The position numbers were made by a program, and so were the translations under genes. 64,000 nucleotides of DNA from assembly GCA_950097015.1 (NCBI GenBank), contig CATNEN010000005.1:620001-684000 (forward strand), read 5' to 3'. Positions 12,960 to 26,629 of the stretch are shown here, piece by piece. The stretch comes from Macrostomum hystrix. Its lineage: Eukaryota > Animalia > Platyhelminthes. The notes under the pieces were generated by a model, which was not told the origin of the DNA, did no database searches, and worked only from the letters and a program-made list of their open reading frames with translations. The stretch's first letter is position 1. Each line of letters starts with the position of its first letter.

Positions 12960-13275
12960 TTGGGACCCGATAGTTCAAATCTAAAAAACTGACTGTGATT
13001 TGGGAGTTTGAATCCCAGCTTAGGGAAGCTATTTTGGGCGCGAGCAAGGCAGTTAATTCTCTCGGTTGGTGTGGCTTGCCTCAGTCCACGGACTGAACAG
13101 CTTGTACACAACTGTGCAAAATATCTGCGGCTGTGACACTGGCTATACATCTGCCCTAACTGGTCTTGCTAGGTGTCATAATTCTATATTTTGAATGCTA
13201 TTTTAGAGCAGAGACTGTTAAGCACTCTAAACGCCAGCAACCCTAAACCTAACCCTAACCCTAACCCTAACCCTA
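12960..13275 (+). mobile_element. Diverged tRNA-SINE relative with extended 3' tail ending in (AACCCT)n
   Basis: B-box-like GTTTGAATCCC. Shares gagcaaggcagttaa, cagtccacggactgaacagc and ctgcggctg...catctgccct...aggtgt blocks with the SINEs at 39455 and 61294. Confidence 0.55.
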
Positions 13276-13814
13276 TAAACCTTGAAATGATCGATCTATA
13301 CCGTTTATAATCAATGAATTAGAGTCAAGACTTTACAATTCTTTATAGTTTAATTGTAACATTACATATAAGATGCTAAAGTACATTTCTTTAAAGTGCG
13401 CGTGTTTACATTAAACAACGATGACATTATTATGGGATAAAACAAAAAGTGCACTTATAGTCTAGTGTTGTTCTGAAGCACTGAATACGTAGCGAGAGCT
13501 TTTTTGAAACGGGAAAGAATCAATAGACTTTTTGACAGACTCCACACACGGCTGGACACCAAATTGCGTTAAGGTAAAAAGAATCGCGCTGACGAGTTAT
13601 AAGAGTCTGGCCTTTTCTACAGAACTGTTCTCACTGTGACAGCTGTGATTCTTGAGCGACACGGTATTCAACGTCTGCGTGGTGGCTCAACGTCTCACGG
13701 TGTCCATGCATTATTGATTACACACGCACTCAAGTTCTTAAAAAAGTATTTTTTCCTTTCCTTGCATCATTTTATTTTTGTTCTTATAATTCATTAAAGT
13801 CTATTTACCCCCAC

Positions 13815-14445
13815 TTACCTCACGCAAGTTTTAATAGCTCCCTAAAGCCTACACCTCACTCCACTTTCCAAAGCACCACCAAGCCATACACACCCACCTC
13901 ACGCCAGTTTCTGTAGCTACCTCAAGCCTACACCCACCTCACTCCACTTTCCAAAGCACCACCAAGCCATACACACCCACCTCACGCCAGTTTCTGTAGC
14001 TACCTCAAGCCTACACCTCACTCCACTTTCCAAAGCACCACCAAGCCATACACACCCACCTCACGCCAGTTTCTGTAGCTACCTCAAGCCTACACCCACC
14101 TCACTCCACTTTCCAAAGCACCACCAAGCCATACACACCCACCTCACGCCAGTTTCTGTAGCTACCTCAAGCCTACACCCACCTCACTCCACTTTCCAAA
14201 GCACCACCAAGCCATACACACCCACCTCACGCCAGTTTCTGTAGCTACCTCAAGCCAACCACCCACCTCACTCCACTTTCCAAAGCACCACCAAGCCATA
14301 CACACCCACCTCACGCCAGTTTCTGTAGCTACCTCAAGCCAACCACCCACCTCACTCCACTTTCCAAAGCACCACCAAGCCATACACAACCACCTCACGC
14401 CAGTTTCGATAGCTACCTCAATCATACCACCCACCTCACTCCATG
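13815..14445. repeat. 79-84-bp minisatellite, C-rich
   Basis: About 7 tandem copies of cctacacccacctcactccactttccaaagcaccaccaagcc... Confidence 0.95.
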
Positions 14446-17208
14446 CACTTTCCATTTAGCGTCATCAAGCCATGCGCAACCACCTCCCAGATCTACTTTC
14501 AATAGCTCCCTCGAAGCCTCTGCATACGAAGTACACGATGCATTCGCTCCATTTCGCTTAATGTAAAAATGAAAAGTTTTTTAGTATCATTTTATTAAAA
14601 AGTTCTTTTTTTAATTTTTTTCATCGCCTCAAAATATAAAACAGAGAAATAGCAAACGCTATTACGCTGATCTGCTGCTCATGGGGCTCTGCACTACTAT
14701 ACTTCAATTAGGTACCTTAGTACGTTCAAAAAGTTCTTTAGACACCCTTCATATCTCTGCATCTGTTCGACCGATTTTGATGAAAATTTATACAAACGTG
14801 GGTCTATATTGGATGAATTCAGTGCTAGAGTTTCAGCTTGGTCGTATAGACAGAACAAACGCAATCGTTCATTTACTGACGAACCTACGAAATTAGCAAT
14901 ACGATTTTAAGCACATAACAACACAAGCAACATAACAAGCACATAAGGTACTTTAATTATTGAGTCTCATTTTTACATTAGAATGTAAATAAGATGACTA
15001 ATTTTATAAACTGTGCTTCAATTCTGATTAGAAGTTTCCCAGGGACAGGTTTACTGAACTCGAACTATTGCTGATTTACTATTATTTAAAAAGTGATCTT
15101 GAACTTAGATGTTTCATTCGACTTTTCGGTGGTCCTAAACATCGTAGGAAGCTTAAAATCGAAGTAGGAGAGTTAAAAAAAAGAAACTTGAGTACACATA
15201 ATGCAGCAGATTTTGATACATATGTGCTCATGTGCGCATCTTTACCTAAATTATATTCACATTCAATGCTTTTCTGTAGTAATGTACAAGCAGCTATCAA
15301 TTTTTTATTAACAAAATATTTTCTCAAACACATTTAATATTTAGCTATGTATTTTATAAAAAGAATTACAATTGTGGTGCTCCTAACTCTTTTAATCTCG
15401 AATTTTAAGGACAGGGAGTAGCTTAGTTTTTATTTAAACGGACATTAAATTATTTAAATTACGTAATTCTTTTTAATTGCATTGAAATCTTTAAAAATTA
15501 CCGTGGATTGCGGCATAATAATATGAAGTCTGAAGACGTGATAACTCATCGGCTGTTGGCACTGTTTCAGTTTTCAGTGCGCTGTACTGCTACGCCAGTA
15601 GCAAGGCGACGCAGGTTTTTAGCCCAAGTTGCTAGATTCGTCGTAATTATCAGACTTTTTAGTATAACTTAAGCCAAGGTCCAAGGCCTTATTCCCTTAT
15701 TTACTTTTTTGTAAAAGCGCCACGCCTTCAGCCTGACAGCGGACACTTGAGACCTAACTTGTTCTGTTATCCTGTTGGTTTTTTTACAAGTTTAAGTGAA
15801 CGAAGCATAGGCCTACCAATAAAAGTGGATTTTTATTGATTTTTAGCCTAGTTCATTGCCTAAAAAACAGTCATTTTTAATTTTTTTATCTCTCGTTGAT
15901 AATTGTCATTACAATTCATAATGTAGGCCCCTAATCCCACTCAAGAAATAGTCAATCCTAATTTGTTCAAGTACAATACACTGTAATTTTGAAATATCTT
16001 AGCATTGCTAGGCCTAATGCTAAATATTAAACTATAGCAATCTAGTTTCAATCAAATCTGATTATAATTAATACTAACAAAAATGTTATTAGGCCTAAGC
16101 ACAAAAGTTCTGGTTTCAAGAAATTTTAAATGACTGCCTGTGGAACATGTGATCCTGTGGCAGTCATAGTATGATAACATGAGGCTACAATATGTAGTAG
16201 GGTAAAATAGGAAATGTAGAAATTATTGCTAGATAGGCCTAGCTAGAAAAAGTCTTCAAACAGTCAGCTTAGCATAGTAAAACTCTTTCTTGTGTTAATA
16301 ATATATGCATTGCATGTACAATTTTATTGGCACAGTTAGTCCTTTGTCTTACTTTAGTACTTTTGTCTATTCAAGGTCTAAAGGTTTCTAAACATTTTTC
16401 TTATGATGATCATTTGCCATTTTGGAATTAATGTTGAAAACCTGTGGATTCGTGCTTTAGAATTAAGAAGGATTGAGAAAGGTGCCCTTTAGCCTAGTGC
16501 CACCCCATGGTCAAGAAGGTTTGTGCTGTTTGTGCCTGTCTTTGTGGCCAGTCCATGCCTCTTTCTGCTGGCTGTTTAAGTATTTTCAAGTAGCAATTAA
16601 GTAGGAAAAGTGCACATGCTTATCTGAAAAGCTCAACAGACATTGTTGGCAGATTCTCGACTTTTTCCAAGAGGGATTATTTGCTTTCTAGCAAGGATCA
16701 TTAAGATGCCTACTAGAAAGCAAAAAAGTTTGCCTAACAATTTTTGTCATTACATAGTCCAGATCATGCTTAAATGCTTGCTTAAAATGTTTTATTTTGT
16801 AGGCCTAAAGTTAAAATAATAAGTACATTGCATGTTTGATTTTTTGTCTCACATAATGTTACAATACATAATGTCTTATGTCTATAGCTAGTCCCTAGTC
16901 TGATGGCTGATTAAAAATATTGATAAATAAGCACTGAAGCTAACTCTATTTGTTTTGTGTTGATAACCTTATTGTAAGTTACTTGTCACTTATAGGTAGC
17001 TATGAGTGCATTATACTCACATTGTGCATATCAAGAATCCATCACTGTTAGGCAAATGCATGCCAACCATGTACACTAAATTTGGCTTCAAACACCAATT
17101 TGCATCTATGGAAACCCTGATAGGAACTTATGTACTTTAATCAAAATTTCCAGGCAAAGAGTGTATGACAGACAGCATTAGGTCCAAGGGTGCGGCTTTT
17201 TAAGGCAA

Positions 17209-18531
17209 ATGTCCACCGCACTCGCCGTTCCGCGATCGGCGGCGTCGAATTCGACTTCGCCCTCGCCTGATCTAGAGCGTGAACTACAGCTGGGGCTTGA
17301 TGACCGCAGTCCGCCGCCTGTGCCGGCTAGATCCACAGCTGCCAGTCTCTGGTGCCGCTATCAGCATCAGCGTCAGGCATCTCAGCACCGGCAGGCGACG
17401 CCTCATCTGCGCCTCCAGCTGCAGCAGCAGCAGCGCGCCGCTTCTTGCCCGCTGCGTCCAGCAGTAGTTGAGGATGACCCAGCAGCTGCAGCTGCAGCAG
17501 CGGCGGCAGCAGCAGTCGCCGCGGCCGTTGCAGCAGCCGCCATTGAAAAATCTCGTCGAAATTATAGTCCGGTGAATCACATACCGCCTTGCCAGCCCCT
17601 GACAGCCTGCCAGCTGGTGCAATCCGGCCAGCAGGCGAAGCGACGCAGGCGTCATCTGTTTAGTGGCGGCGGCGCCAGTCGACGCCGCAGCGCGTCGCAG
17701 GGCCCGACGCAGAACACGCCGCCGCCGCTGCCGCATCGAGCGTCGCCAACAGCGGAGAAATCCGACAAAGAATTGGCGAAAGTCGCAGCCACCGTCTCCG
17801 AGGCAACGCCTACCAGCACGAAGCAGCCCAGTTTGCGAGCCAAAATAAGTCGCTTCTTTCGACTGCACAGTCGTTCGGCCAGTCAACATTCTCCGGCAAT
17901 TAATCAGCAACAGCAGCAGCAGCAGCAGCTCTCGGATCATCAGATTTCGCGTCCGCCCCCGCCCCCGCCTTCTGATCCGTTGCCTCCACCGCCTCTTCCG
18001 CCTCATCAGCATCATCAACGCTATCAGGAAACGCCTGAAGTGCCGCCAATGAGTCCGCAGCGACGCGCCGGTTTTAGCCCGGTGCACCTGCTTCAGCGAC
18101 CTCCGAGTGGTTCAACGATTGCCACCTCCCTTAGCGTTGCTGGCTCTTTGGCTACGTCGCCATCAGCATTTCAACCGCAAATCCGGCGACCGGTGCCTTT
18201 GTCTGCTGCCGCCAGAGTTTCTTCTGCAACAGGTGCCAGCACCGGCGTTGCCATGGTGATTAGACCGGCCGTGGCACCGCCGCCTCAATTATTTTCGCTG
18301 GCGCTTCAACAGCAACAACAACAACTAGAGCAGCAGCCGCCGCCGCTGCCACTGCGTCCAGCACCGAGGCTTCCGCCAAGGATTTCCAGGCAGCAGTTCG
18401 CTCCGCCAGCTGATGCCAACGCCGCCGCTGCAGCTGTGACGACTGGCGCTGCCAATCTGACACTGCCGCCACGTCAATCCAGCAAGCAGCTCACCATCGG
18501 CTTCTTGGAGAACCTGACCCAGTTGAAGCGG
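17209..18531 (+). CDS. SOCS7: Suppressor of cytokine signalling 7, exon 1 (Q/A/P-rich disordered N-terminus)
   Basis: 441-codon open frame ending FLENLTQLKR|gtgagt; splices in phase 0 to the SH2 exon. Confidence 0.85.
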
Positions 18532-19266
18532 GTGAGTTTAAGAATTGTTTGTTTTTAAAATAATGCAAAAAATGAGGATCCTTATTTTGGGATTGTTTTC
18601 CCCAGAGTGAATTAAAGCCTTTAAATTAACCGCTGATTAATTAGTTTAACGCCTAGCCCTGTAGATTTCTTTGTTCTGTTTAGCGAAAGTTGCTAAATAA
18701 TTTCCCTAGTGGCGATCAATCTTATCACTATATTATATATTATATATTCGCGTTTCTAGAATGAATTTATAGTTGCCAAAAAGGTCAGATAAAGCTGCAG
18801 CAGAAGGGTGTCTATAATCCCATTTAAAACCGTCAATTATTCTCTTTATGCTAATCCTTTATCTCTCTTACCTATGACCAGTCTGCTTGCGCAAGACTAT
18901 ATAGATCATTCTAAAAGTACATCTAACTTCTTCGTCGTCAATATTTCATTGGCTTTTCTCCCATCCATCCATTTCGTATTTTGCCCCAATGGCACAAAAT
19001 GTACGCGCGTCACTTTCTAGTTCGTTGATCGTGCCACTCTGTTCGTGTACTTTTTGTAGGCCAAATGTGCGCGCTAGGCTTGCCGCTATACGCCATTTTC
19101 TTTATTATCATCGCTGCCTGCCTTGTCAACAGCGTACTAAACCATTTTGGGAAGGTTTAGGCCAAAGCTGAACCTTCAGCTAGAAACCCTTGAAGGTCGA
19201 CTTCATGCCAGGGTTCTGCTTCAGCGATTAATTAAATTGGCTGTTTTTTCAAATGCCTAAAACAAT

Positions 19267-19793
19267 GCCTAGGCTGATAATAATGAGCTACTAAATGACC
19301 TAGGCTGATAGTAATGAGCTACTAAATGACCTAGGCTGATAATAATGAGCTACTAAATGACCTATGCTGATAATAATGAGCTACGAAATGACCTAGGCTG
19401 ATAATAATGAGCTACTAAATGACCTAGGCTGATAATAATGAGCTACTAAATGACCTAGGCTGATAATAATGAGCTACTAAATGACCTAGGCTGATAATAA
19501 TGAGCTACTAAATGACCTATGCTGATAATAATTAGCTACTAAATGACCTAGGCTGCTAGTAATGAGCTACTAAATGACCTAGGCTGATAATAATGAGCTA
19601 CTAAATGACCTAGGCTGCTAGTAATGAGCTACTAAATGACCTAGGCTGATAATAATGAGCTACTAAATGACCTAGGCTGATAATAATGAGCTACTAAATG
19701 ACCTAGGCTGATAATAATGAGCTACTAAATGACCTAGGCTGCTAGTAATGAGCTACTAAATGACCTAGGCTGATACTAACGAGCTACTAAATG
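19267..19793. repeat. 31-bp minisatellite ctaggctgataataatgagctactaaatgac
   Basis: About 17 tandem copies in SOCS7 intron 1. Confidence 0.95.
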
Positions 19794-20719
19794 ATGTTGA
19801 ACTTACAAATGAGAATTCATGACACGTGTTGGTAATAATAATACCTAAACATATTTTGCAAGGTATTATTGAACGAAATTGTGTACTGCTTCAATTTGAG
19901 AAATGGTTTAATTAGCTAAAGCAGCTAAATAAATGGTTTTCTTTTACCCAGAAAGATTACATAATCCTTAAAATATTTTAATCATGTTTAGCTATTATAG
20001 CCAGTCGAATATAGATTAGTTTTATTCCAATTATATGAAAAGCAAGCTCACATTATTGAAAATAGAATTTAATTAAATATTTTTCCGCAGCTAAATTTGA
20101 CCATGATTGTTTAGACGTTTGACTTGACATTTTGTTTATTTTGGCTCGCTGCCAAAGGCTTTTAATTTCAACCTAGCCCAAATGTTACACCTAGGCTAAT
20201 TAAACAGCCAGCCTCTAACTGTATCCTGTGCCATATATGTACATTCGCTTGTATAGAAGAATACGATTCTAATGTAGAAAAATGTTTAGTACAACATTTC
20301 CTGAAGTTTTTAACCGCTTATTTAAATTAAACATTTTAACAATCTTTCCGCTTCTTAGTTTACTTTATACTATAGTGTTTGCTATGCCTATGTAAAATAT
20401 AATAGTTTAGTTAGAAGAATGAGAAACATATATTTGACGTGAAGACAGATAAAATTCATTCATGGCAATTCGTTTTTTATGTCTGATCGCTGTATGACAC
20501 TGTAAACGATACGAGAAAAATGACCAAAAAGTTCTTATTTATAAAACCAGGCATATTTTTAAAGGCTATTTTGTTTGATAGTTTTAGTTTCACAAATTTG
20601 TCAGGATAATCTGACTTACACTAGTTAAAATTCCATTCTCAGCTTTTCATTAATCCCTATACGAATCAAATGAGTTATGTTACATTAGTACACTAATCTA
20701 AATCTTATGACTTAAAATG

Positions 20720-22720
20720 TCACTTCTCACTAACCATAATCCCTTGAGGGGTTAGAATCCCATGTGTCACTAACCATAATCCCTTGTTGGATTAGGATCC
20801 CATTTCTCACTAATCATAATCCCTTGTCGGATAAGAATCCCATTTCTCTCTAATCATAATCCCTTGATGGATAAGAATCCCATTTCTCTCTAATCATAAT
20901 CCCTTGATGGATAAGAATCCCATTTCTCTCTAATCATAATCGGGTCATTCTCAAAATTATGTACCGAGAAGGCATTAACAAAAAAAATATTTTTTTCACT
21001 ATCTTTATCGTTTTAAAGTGTGCTGCGAGGATTCAATCCTTTTGAAAGTTTTCTAAACGTTTAAAAAATGAAAAAAAATGGCGTTTTTACTGCATTCTTA
21101 TGTTGTTTAAAATCACAAATAAATTTTTTGCTAAGTTTTAAATTTTCCGCGCATGCGCATTTGCCATAAATGTTCACGACTGCAAGCTTAATTATGATAA
21201 AATATTAAGTACTACTCCCATCTAATGAATTTAAAAGTAATCTAAGCTAAAATGACTATTAAATTTATGCCACTAAGTGCTGTGACTCAGCTTTTTTCGA
21301 AGTATTTCATTTGAAAACTAAAAGGTAAATAAATTCTGTGAGGTATTGAAGCTCCATTTTTGAAAGCGAATAAAATAAAAAGACAGAAGCAATTCGCATT
21401 CTCTTATAAATATTTATATCACGATACTGTATCTGAATTAATTCGTAATTATTAGCAATATACTAATTGTATTTAAAAACAGTAAACATAAAAAATATAA
21501 AAATCGACTCGAATGCTTATGCACAACAACACTGTCAAGAAAAAAGATTTCTCGCATATACTGGTACCTTAATACATGGAAATATTACAGATATGATGCC
21601 ACCTTCCTAAGGAATAAATCTACGTGTTTTGAATATTTCTCATTATTATAGAAAATGAAAGATACACCATAATTTGCTTATTGTAACATTTTTTGTGTCT
21701 GGAAAGGAGGTTTCATGACAAAAGAAATGCCAAAATAGTGTAAAAATGTGAATTTTTATTGACAAGACACGCACCTCTGAATTTCATATCATCATTGCTT
21801 CATTTTATTACAAGAATTTCCTTGACGGCCAATTAAATAAAAATTGTGCTATATGTATACATTCCAATTGTTCGAAGCTTCCGGACCTTGGAAAATTTTG
21901 AATTTTTTCAGAAAAAATGTACATTAACTATGTTAATTTTATTAGATATAACAAAAAACAATAATAAAAGATTTTTCTTAAATAAGACAACTATGTTTAA
22001 TATACGAAAACTAAAAAAAAATATGCACTTTTTGTATGACCTTATCTAATAGCAAAATGTACGTCAGAAAGCAAAATAATTTACGGTGTTTTTGAAGGCA
22101 ATAAACAAATGTAAATGCTGGTCCATATTAATGTTATTTTGTGGTTCTGGTTTCTATTTTGCACTCTACTAGAGACACAGATTAGAATAAAGAAAGTTTT
22201 TTGCAATTGTCAAAAACTTTTTTACAACACACTATTTCCGAGCATTAATTTGAGAATGACCCAAATTTCCCTTGATGGATAAGAATCCCATTTCTCTCTA
22301 ATCATAATCCCTTGATGGATAAGAATCCCATTTCTCTCTAATCATAATCCCTTGATGGATAAGAATCCCATTTCTCACTAATCATAATCCCTTGTCGGAT
22401 AAGGATCCCATTTCTCACTAATCATAATCCCTTGTCGGATAAGAATCCCATTTCTCTCTAATCATAATCCCTTGATGGATAAGAATCCCATTTCTCACTA
22501 ATCATAATCCCTTGTCGGATAAGAATCCCATTTCTCTCTAATCATAATCCCTTGATGGATAAGAATCCCATTTCTCACTAACCATAATCCCTTGTCGGAT
22601 TAGGATCCCATTTCTCACTCATCGATTTCCTTGTCGAATTAGAATCCCTTTTCTCACTCATCACAATCCCTTAACGGGTTAGAATCAGATTTCCCAATCT
22701 TCATAATCCATTGACTGATA
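20720..22720. repeat. 40-bp minisatellite taatcataatcccttgatggataagaatcccatttctctc, split by a MITE
   Basis: Copies at 20720-20941 and 22263-22720. Confidence 0.95.
20942..22262. mobile_element. Non-autonomous DNA transposon (MITE-like, about 1.32 kb) inserted in the 40-bp array
   Basis: Perfect 14-bp TIR GGGTCATTCTCAAA...TTTGAGAATGACCC, extending imperfectly. AT-rich non-coding interior; the same 40-mer resumes on both sides. Confidence 0.8.
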
Positions 22721-22813
22721 CAAGTTCATTTTCCCTATTTTAATTCTATTTTTTGTTCATAAAATCCTTTAATCTTAATTTAATCACACTTGTCTCTCAC
22801 CGCTATCCCACAG

Positions 22814-22982
22814 AAACCGTGGTACTTCGGCCCGTTGAGCAGTACAGACGCCGAGGATATGCTCAACAATCGACCCGACGGTACTTTTCTAGTGCGCGAC
22901 TCGGCACACGATTCGTATATAGTCAGCTTGAGCTTCAGAGCTCGCGGCCAAACCTATCACACTAGAATCGAGCACAATAAAG
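22814..22982 (+). CDS. SOCS7: SOCS7 exon 2, SH2 domain N-half
   Basis: Acceptor cccacag|AAA. Encodes KPWYFGP...PDGTFLVRDSAHDSYIVSLSFR...HTRIEH (FLVRDS SH2 signature). Donor AAAG|gtaag, phase 1. Confidence 0.95.
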
Positions 22983-23094
22983 GTAAGTTCATTGTTTGCG
23001 ATCTATTAATTTGGATAATCAATGATCCCCAGTATTACATGGCATTTCTAAATCATCGAAAATAATTTGCAATATTACATCCTTGGATTAAGTC

Positions 23095-24300
23095 ATACTT
23101 CCAGATCCTCAGGATGTAAACACATTCCCAGATCCTCATAATGTAAACACATTCCCAGATCCCCAGGATGTAAACACATTCCCGAATCCCCAGGATGTAA
23201 ACACATTCCCGAATCCCCAGGATGTAAACACATTCCCAGATCCTCGGTATGTAAACACATTCCCAGATCCTCGGTATGTAAACACATTCCCAGATCCTCG
23301 GTATGTAAACACATTCGCAGATCCTCGGTATGTAAACACATTCCCAGATCCCCAGGATGTAAACACATTCCCAGATCCTCGGTATGTAAACACATTCCCA
23401 GATCCTCATAATGTAAACACATTCCCGAATCCCCAGGATGTAAACACATTCCCGAATCCCCAGGATGTAAACACATTCCCGAATCCCCAGGATGTAAACA
23501 CATTCCCAGATCCTCATAATGTAAACACATTCCCAGATCCTCAGTATGTAAACACATTCCCAGATCCCCAAGATGTAAACACATTCCCGAATCCCCAGGA
23601 TGTAAACACATTCCCGAATCCCCAGGATGTAAACACATTCCCAGATCCTCGGTATGTAAACACATTCCCAGATCCTCGGTATGTAAACACATTCCCAGAT
23701 CCTCGGTATGTAAACACATTCCCAGATCCTCGGTATGTAAACACATTCCCAGATCCCCAGGATGTAAACACATTCCCAGATCCCCAGGATGTAAACACAT
23801 TCCCGAATCCCCAGGATGTAAACACATTCCCAGATCCTCGGTATGTAAACACATTCCCAGATCCTCGGTATGTAAACACATTCCCAGATCCTCGGTATGT
23901 AAACACATTCCCAGATCCTCGGTATGTAAACACATTCCCAGATCCCCAGGATGTAAACACATTCCCAGATCCCCAGGATGTAAACACATTCCCGAATCCC
24001 CAGGATGTAAACACATTCCCAGATCCTCGGTATGTAAACACATTCCCAGATCCTCGGTATGTAAACACATTCCCAGATCCTCGGTATGTAAACACATTCC
24101 CAGATCCTCGGTATGTAAACACATTCCCAGATCCCCAGGATGTAAACACATTCCCAGATCCTCGGTATGTAAACACATTCCCAGATCCTCGGTATGTAAA
24201 CACATTCCCAGATCCCCAGGATGTAAACACATTCCCGAATCCCCAGGATGTAAACACATTCCCGAATCCCCAGGATGTAAACACATTCCTAGATCCTCAG
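23095..24300. repeat. 27-bp minisatellite gtaaacacattcccagatcctcggtat
   Basis: About 44 copies; source of the spurious 471-aa ORF. Confidence 0.97.
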
Positions 24301-24920
24301 AATAAGTAAAGTCGGCCTCGACATATAGTTTAAAGCGCTTTGTGACTTCAAAAATAGGCAAAGTAGAAAATTGGGCAAATGTGTATATTTGGCACACTTG
24401 AATTGCCTTGCTGTGTGGGTGTGTGTTTGTTATGCTTCTATGACATTTGGCAAGCATTTTGCTCTGTTTCTCTCTCTCTAACTCTTCTCTCTCTTCTACT
24501 CTAGTCAAATGCCTGCCACTATTGTGGCTTCGTTTTTTTCTGGCCCTAAACTACTATCGTTCTTATCCCATACGGTTGAAGGGGATTAAGCTTGAACCAT
24601 TGCCAATGATTATTGTTATTTGTATAAACTCATTAGCCTGCAGGGAAGACCATTCAGTGTGGTACTAAATATATATTTTTAATGTTAAACGTAATCTAGA
24701 AAGATTGTTTTTGTTTTCGTTTAAAGAGTTATTTAATTCCCAATTCCCAAGTCTTTTATGTAATCTTAGGTATTAGTCCAAAAGTATTGAACGAAGGTTT
24801 TGTGTTGCAATCGTTGTAATAGTATATGACTAATAGTATATGATTTTTACTAAGAAAAAATCCCATAAAAGGCAAAATGCAATAAATCCAATATTGTGTC
24901 TATTTCCTTTTCTAATAAAC

Positions 24921-25626
24921 AATCCCCATATTGTAGCTCTATTCCCAAATCCCCATATTGTAGCTCTATTCCCAAATCCCCATATTGTAGCTCTATTCCC
25001 AAATCCCCATATTGAAGCTCTATTCCCAAATCCCCATATTGAAGCTCTATTCCCAAATCCCCATATTGAAGCTCTATTCCCAAATCCCCATATTGGAGCT
25101 CTATTCCCAAATCCCCAGATTGAAGCTCTATTCCCAAATCCCCAGATTGAAGCTCTATTCCCAAATCCCCATATTGAAGCTCTATTCCCAAATCCCCATA
25201 TTGAAGCTCTATTCCCAAATCCCCATATTGAAGCTCTATTCCCAAATCCCCATATTGAAGCTCTATTCCCAAATCCCCATATTGGAGCTCCATTCCCAAA
25301 TCCCCAGATTGAAGCTCTATTCCCAAATCCACAGATGAAAGCTCTATTCCCAAATCCCCAGATTGAAGCTCTATTCCCAAATCCCCAGATTGAAGCTCTA
25401 TTCCCAAATCCCCAGATTGAAGCTCTATTCCCAAATCCACAGATGAAAGCTCTATTCCCAAATCCCCAGATTGAAGCTCTATTCCCAAATCCCCATATTG
25501 TAGCTCTATTCCCAAATCCCCATATTGGAGCTCCATTCCCAAATCCCCAGATTGAAGCTCTATTCCCAAATCCACAGATGAAAGCTCTATTCCCAAATCC
25601 CCAGATTGAAGCTCTATTCCCAAATC
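24921..25626. repeat. 27-bp minisatellite ccccatattgaagctctattcccaaat
   Basis: About 26 copies. Confidence 0.97.
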
Positions 25627-25995
25627 CTAAACTTCAAGCTTCCTATCAGGACAGATCGATCGATATATTCTATTATATTTGTCAAGTTTTTCCCCTTGTT
25701 CCTCTCGTACTTTTGCACTTTTTATTGCCTTGTTTTGTAAGGCCATGTTCGCTTCTCTATGTTTACATTTCATTTCTTACTTTATAATACAATTAGAGAT
25801 TGAATGGGTTTAGAAAATAAAAACACTGTATCTTAGGGTGCATGTGAACTTTTTTAAATTACATTCCCACGACAGCAAGTGGGCCATAAATATAACTATC
25901 CCAAATGTTAGTAGGAAAAAGGTCAGAAAAAGTCGGCGGTAAAAATAAAATTCTTTGAATTTTTAGCATTTTATCCTTATTCACTTTAATCTAAC

Positions 25996-26230
25996 GTGTC
26001 TAATCTCTCCCCCGTATCATCTCCCCCTTCTCATCTCTTCCGTGTCTCATCTCCCCCGTGTCTCACCTCTACTCTGTCTAATCTCTCCCCTGTCACATCT
26101 CTCTCGTGTCTTATCTGTCTCGTGTCTCATCTCTCCAGTTTCTTATCTCTCCCGCGTCTTATCTCTCCCTTCTCATCTTTCGATTGTCTCATTTCTCTTA
26201 AGTCTAATCTTCCACGTGTCATATATTTTC
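25996..26230. repeat. Degenerate 16-bp pyrimidine minisatellite, same family as 28918-30925
   Basis: Decayed tctcatctctcccctg-like units. Confidence 0.75.
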
Positions 26231-26629
26231 TTTCATTACTTTTTTAACCCTGATATCTTCCCTGTCTTCCTAAGCTCTTTCCAGTCTCGTCTATTCTTCA
26301 TCTCATTGAATTTTCGCTATCTGACCTATTTTAGTCACTTTTAATGGATCCTTCCTACTTTCCCGAAGTTGTATAAGTTTACCGCCCCGTGCTTTAGAAT
26401 TAAATAGAAAAGTACAAAGTACAAAGCACTAGCCGCTTTGCCAGCTTGGCGAACGTGTGCCAAATTGTGCATCACGTGATTATGATGATGATAATGTTCC
26501 GTAAGATGGAATGCGTTTTGCATTGCACTGTCGGTGGCCGCCGCTGTTGTTTCCTAACCCACGCGCTCATCCTGTGTAGCTTTGCACTCTCCGCCACCGA
26601 ATAGACGGTTTGTGATGCTGGCCCCAGAA

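Noticed and set aside
13240-13274. True telomere or chromosome fusion site
   Set aside because: Only about six imperfect units, in one orientation, internal to ordinary sequence.
23093-24508. 471-aa ORF and other long periodic ORFs (24840-25787, 28842-30955, 33278-34210, 9699-11024, 42179-42730, 52262-52936, 54033-54834)
   Set aside because: They are stop-free readings of minisatellites, often open in several frames and on both strands, and lie in introns or intergenic DNA with no domain signature.
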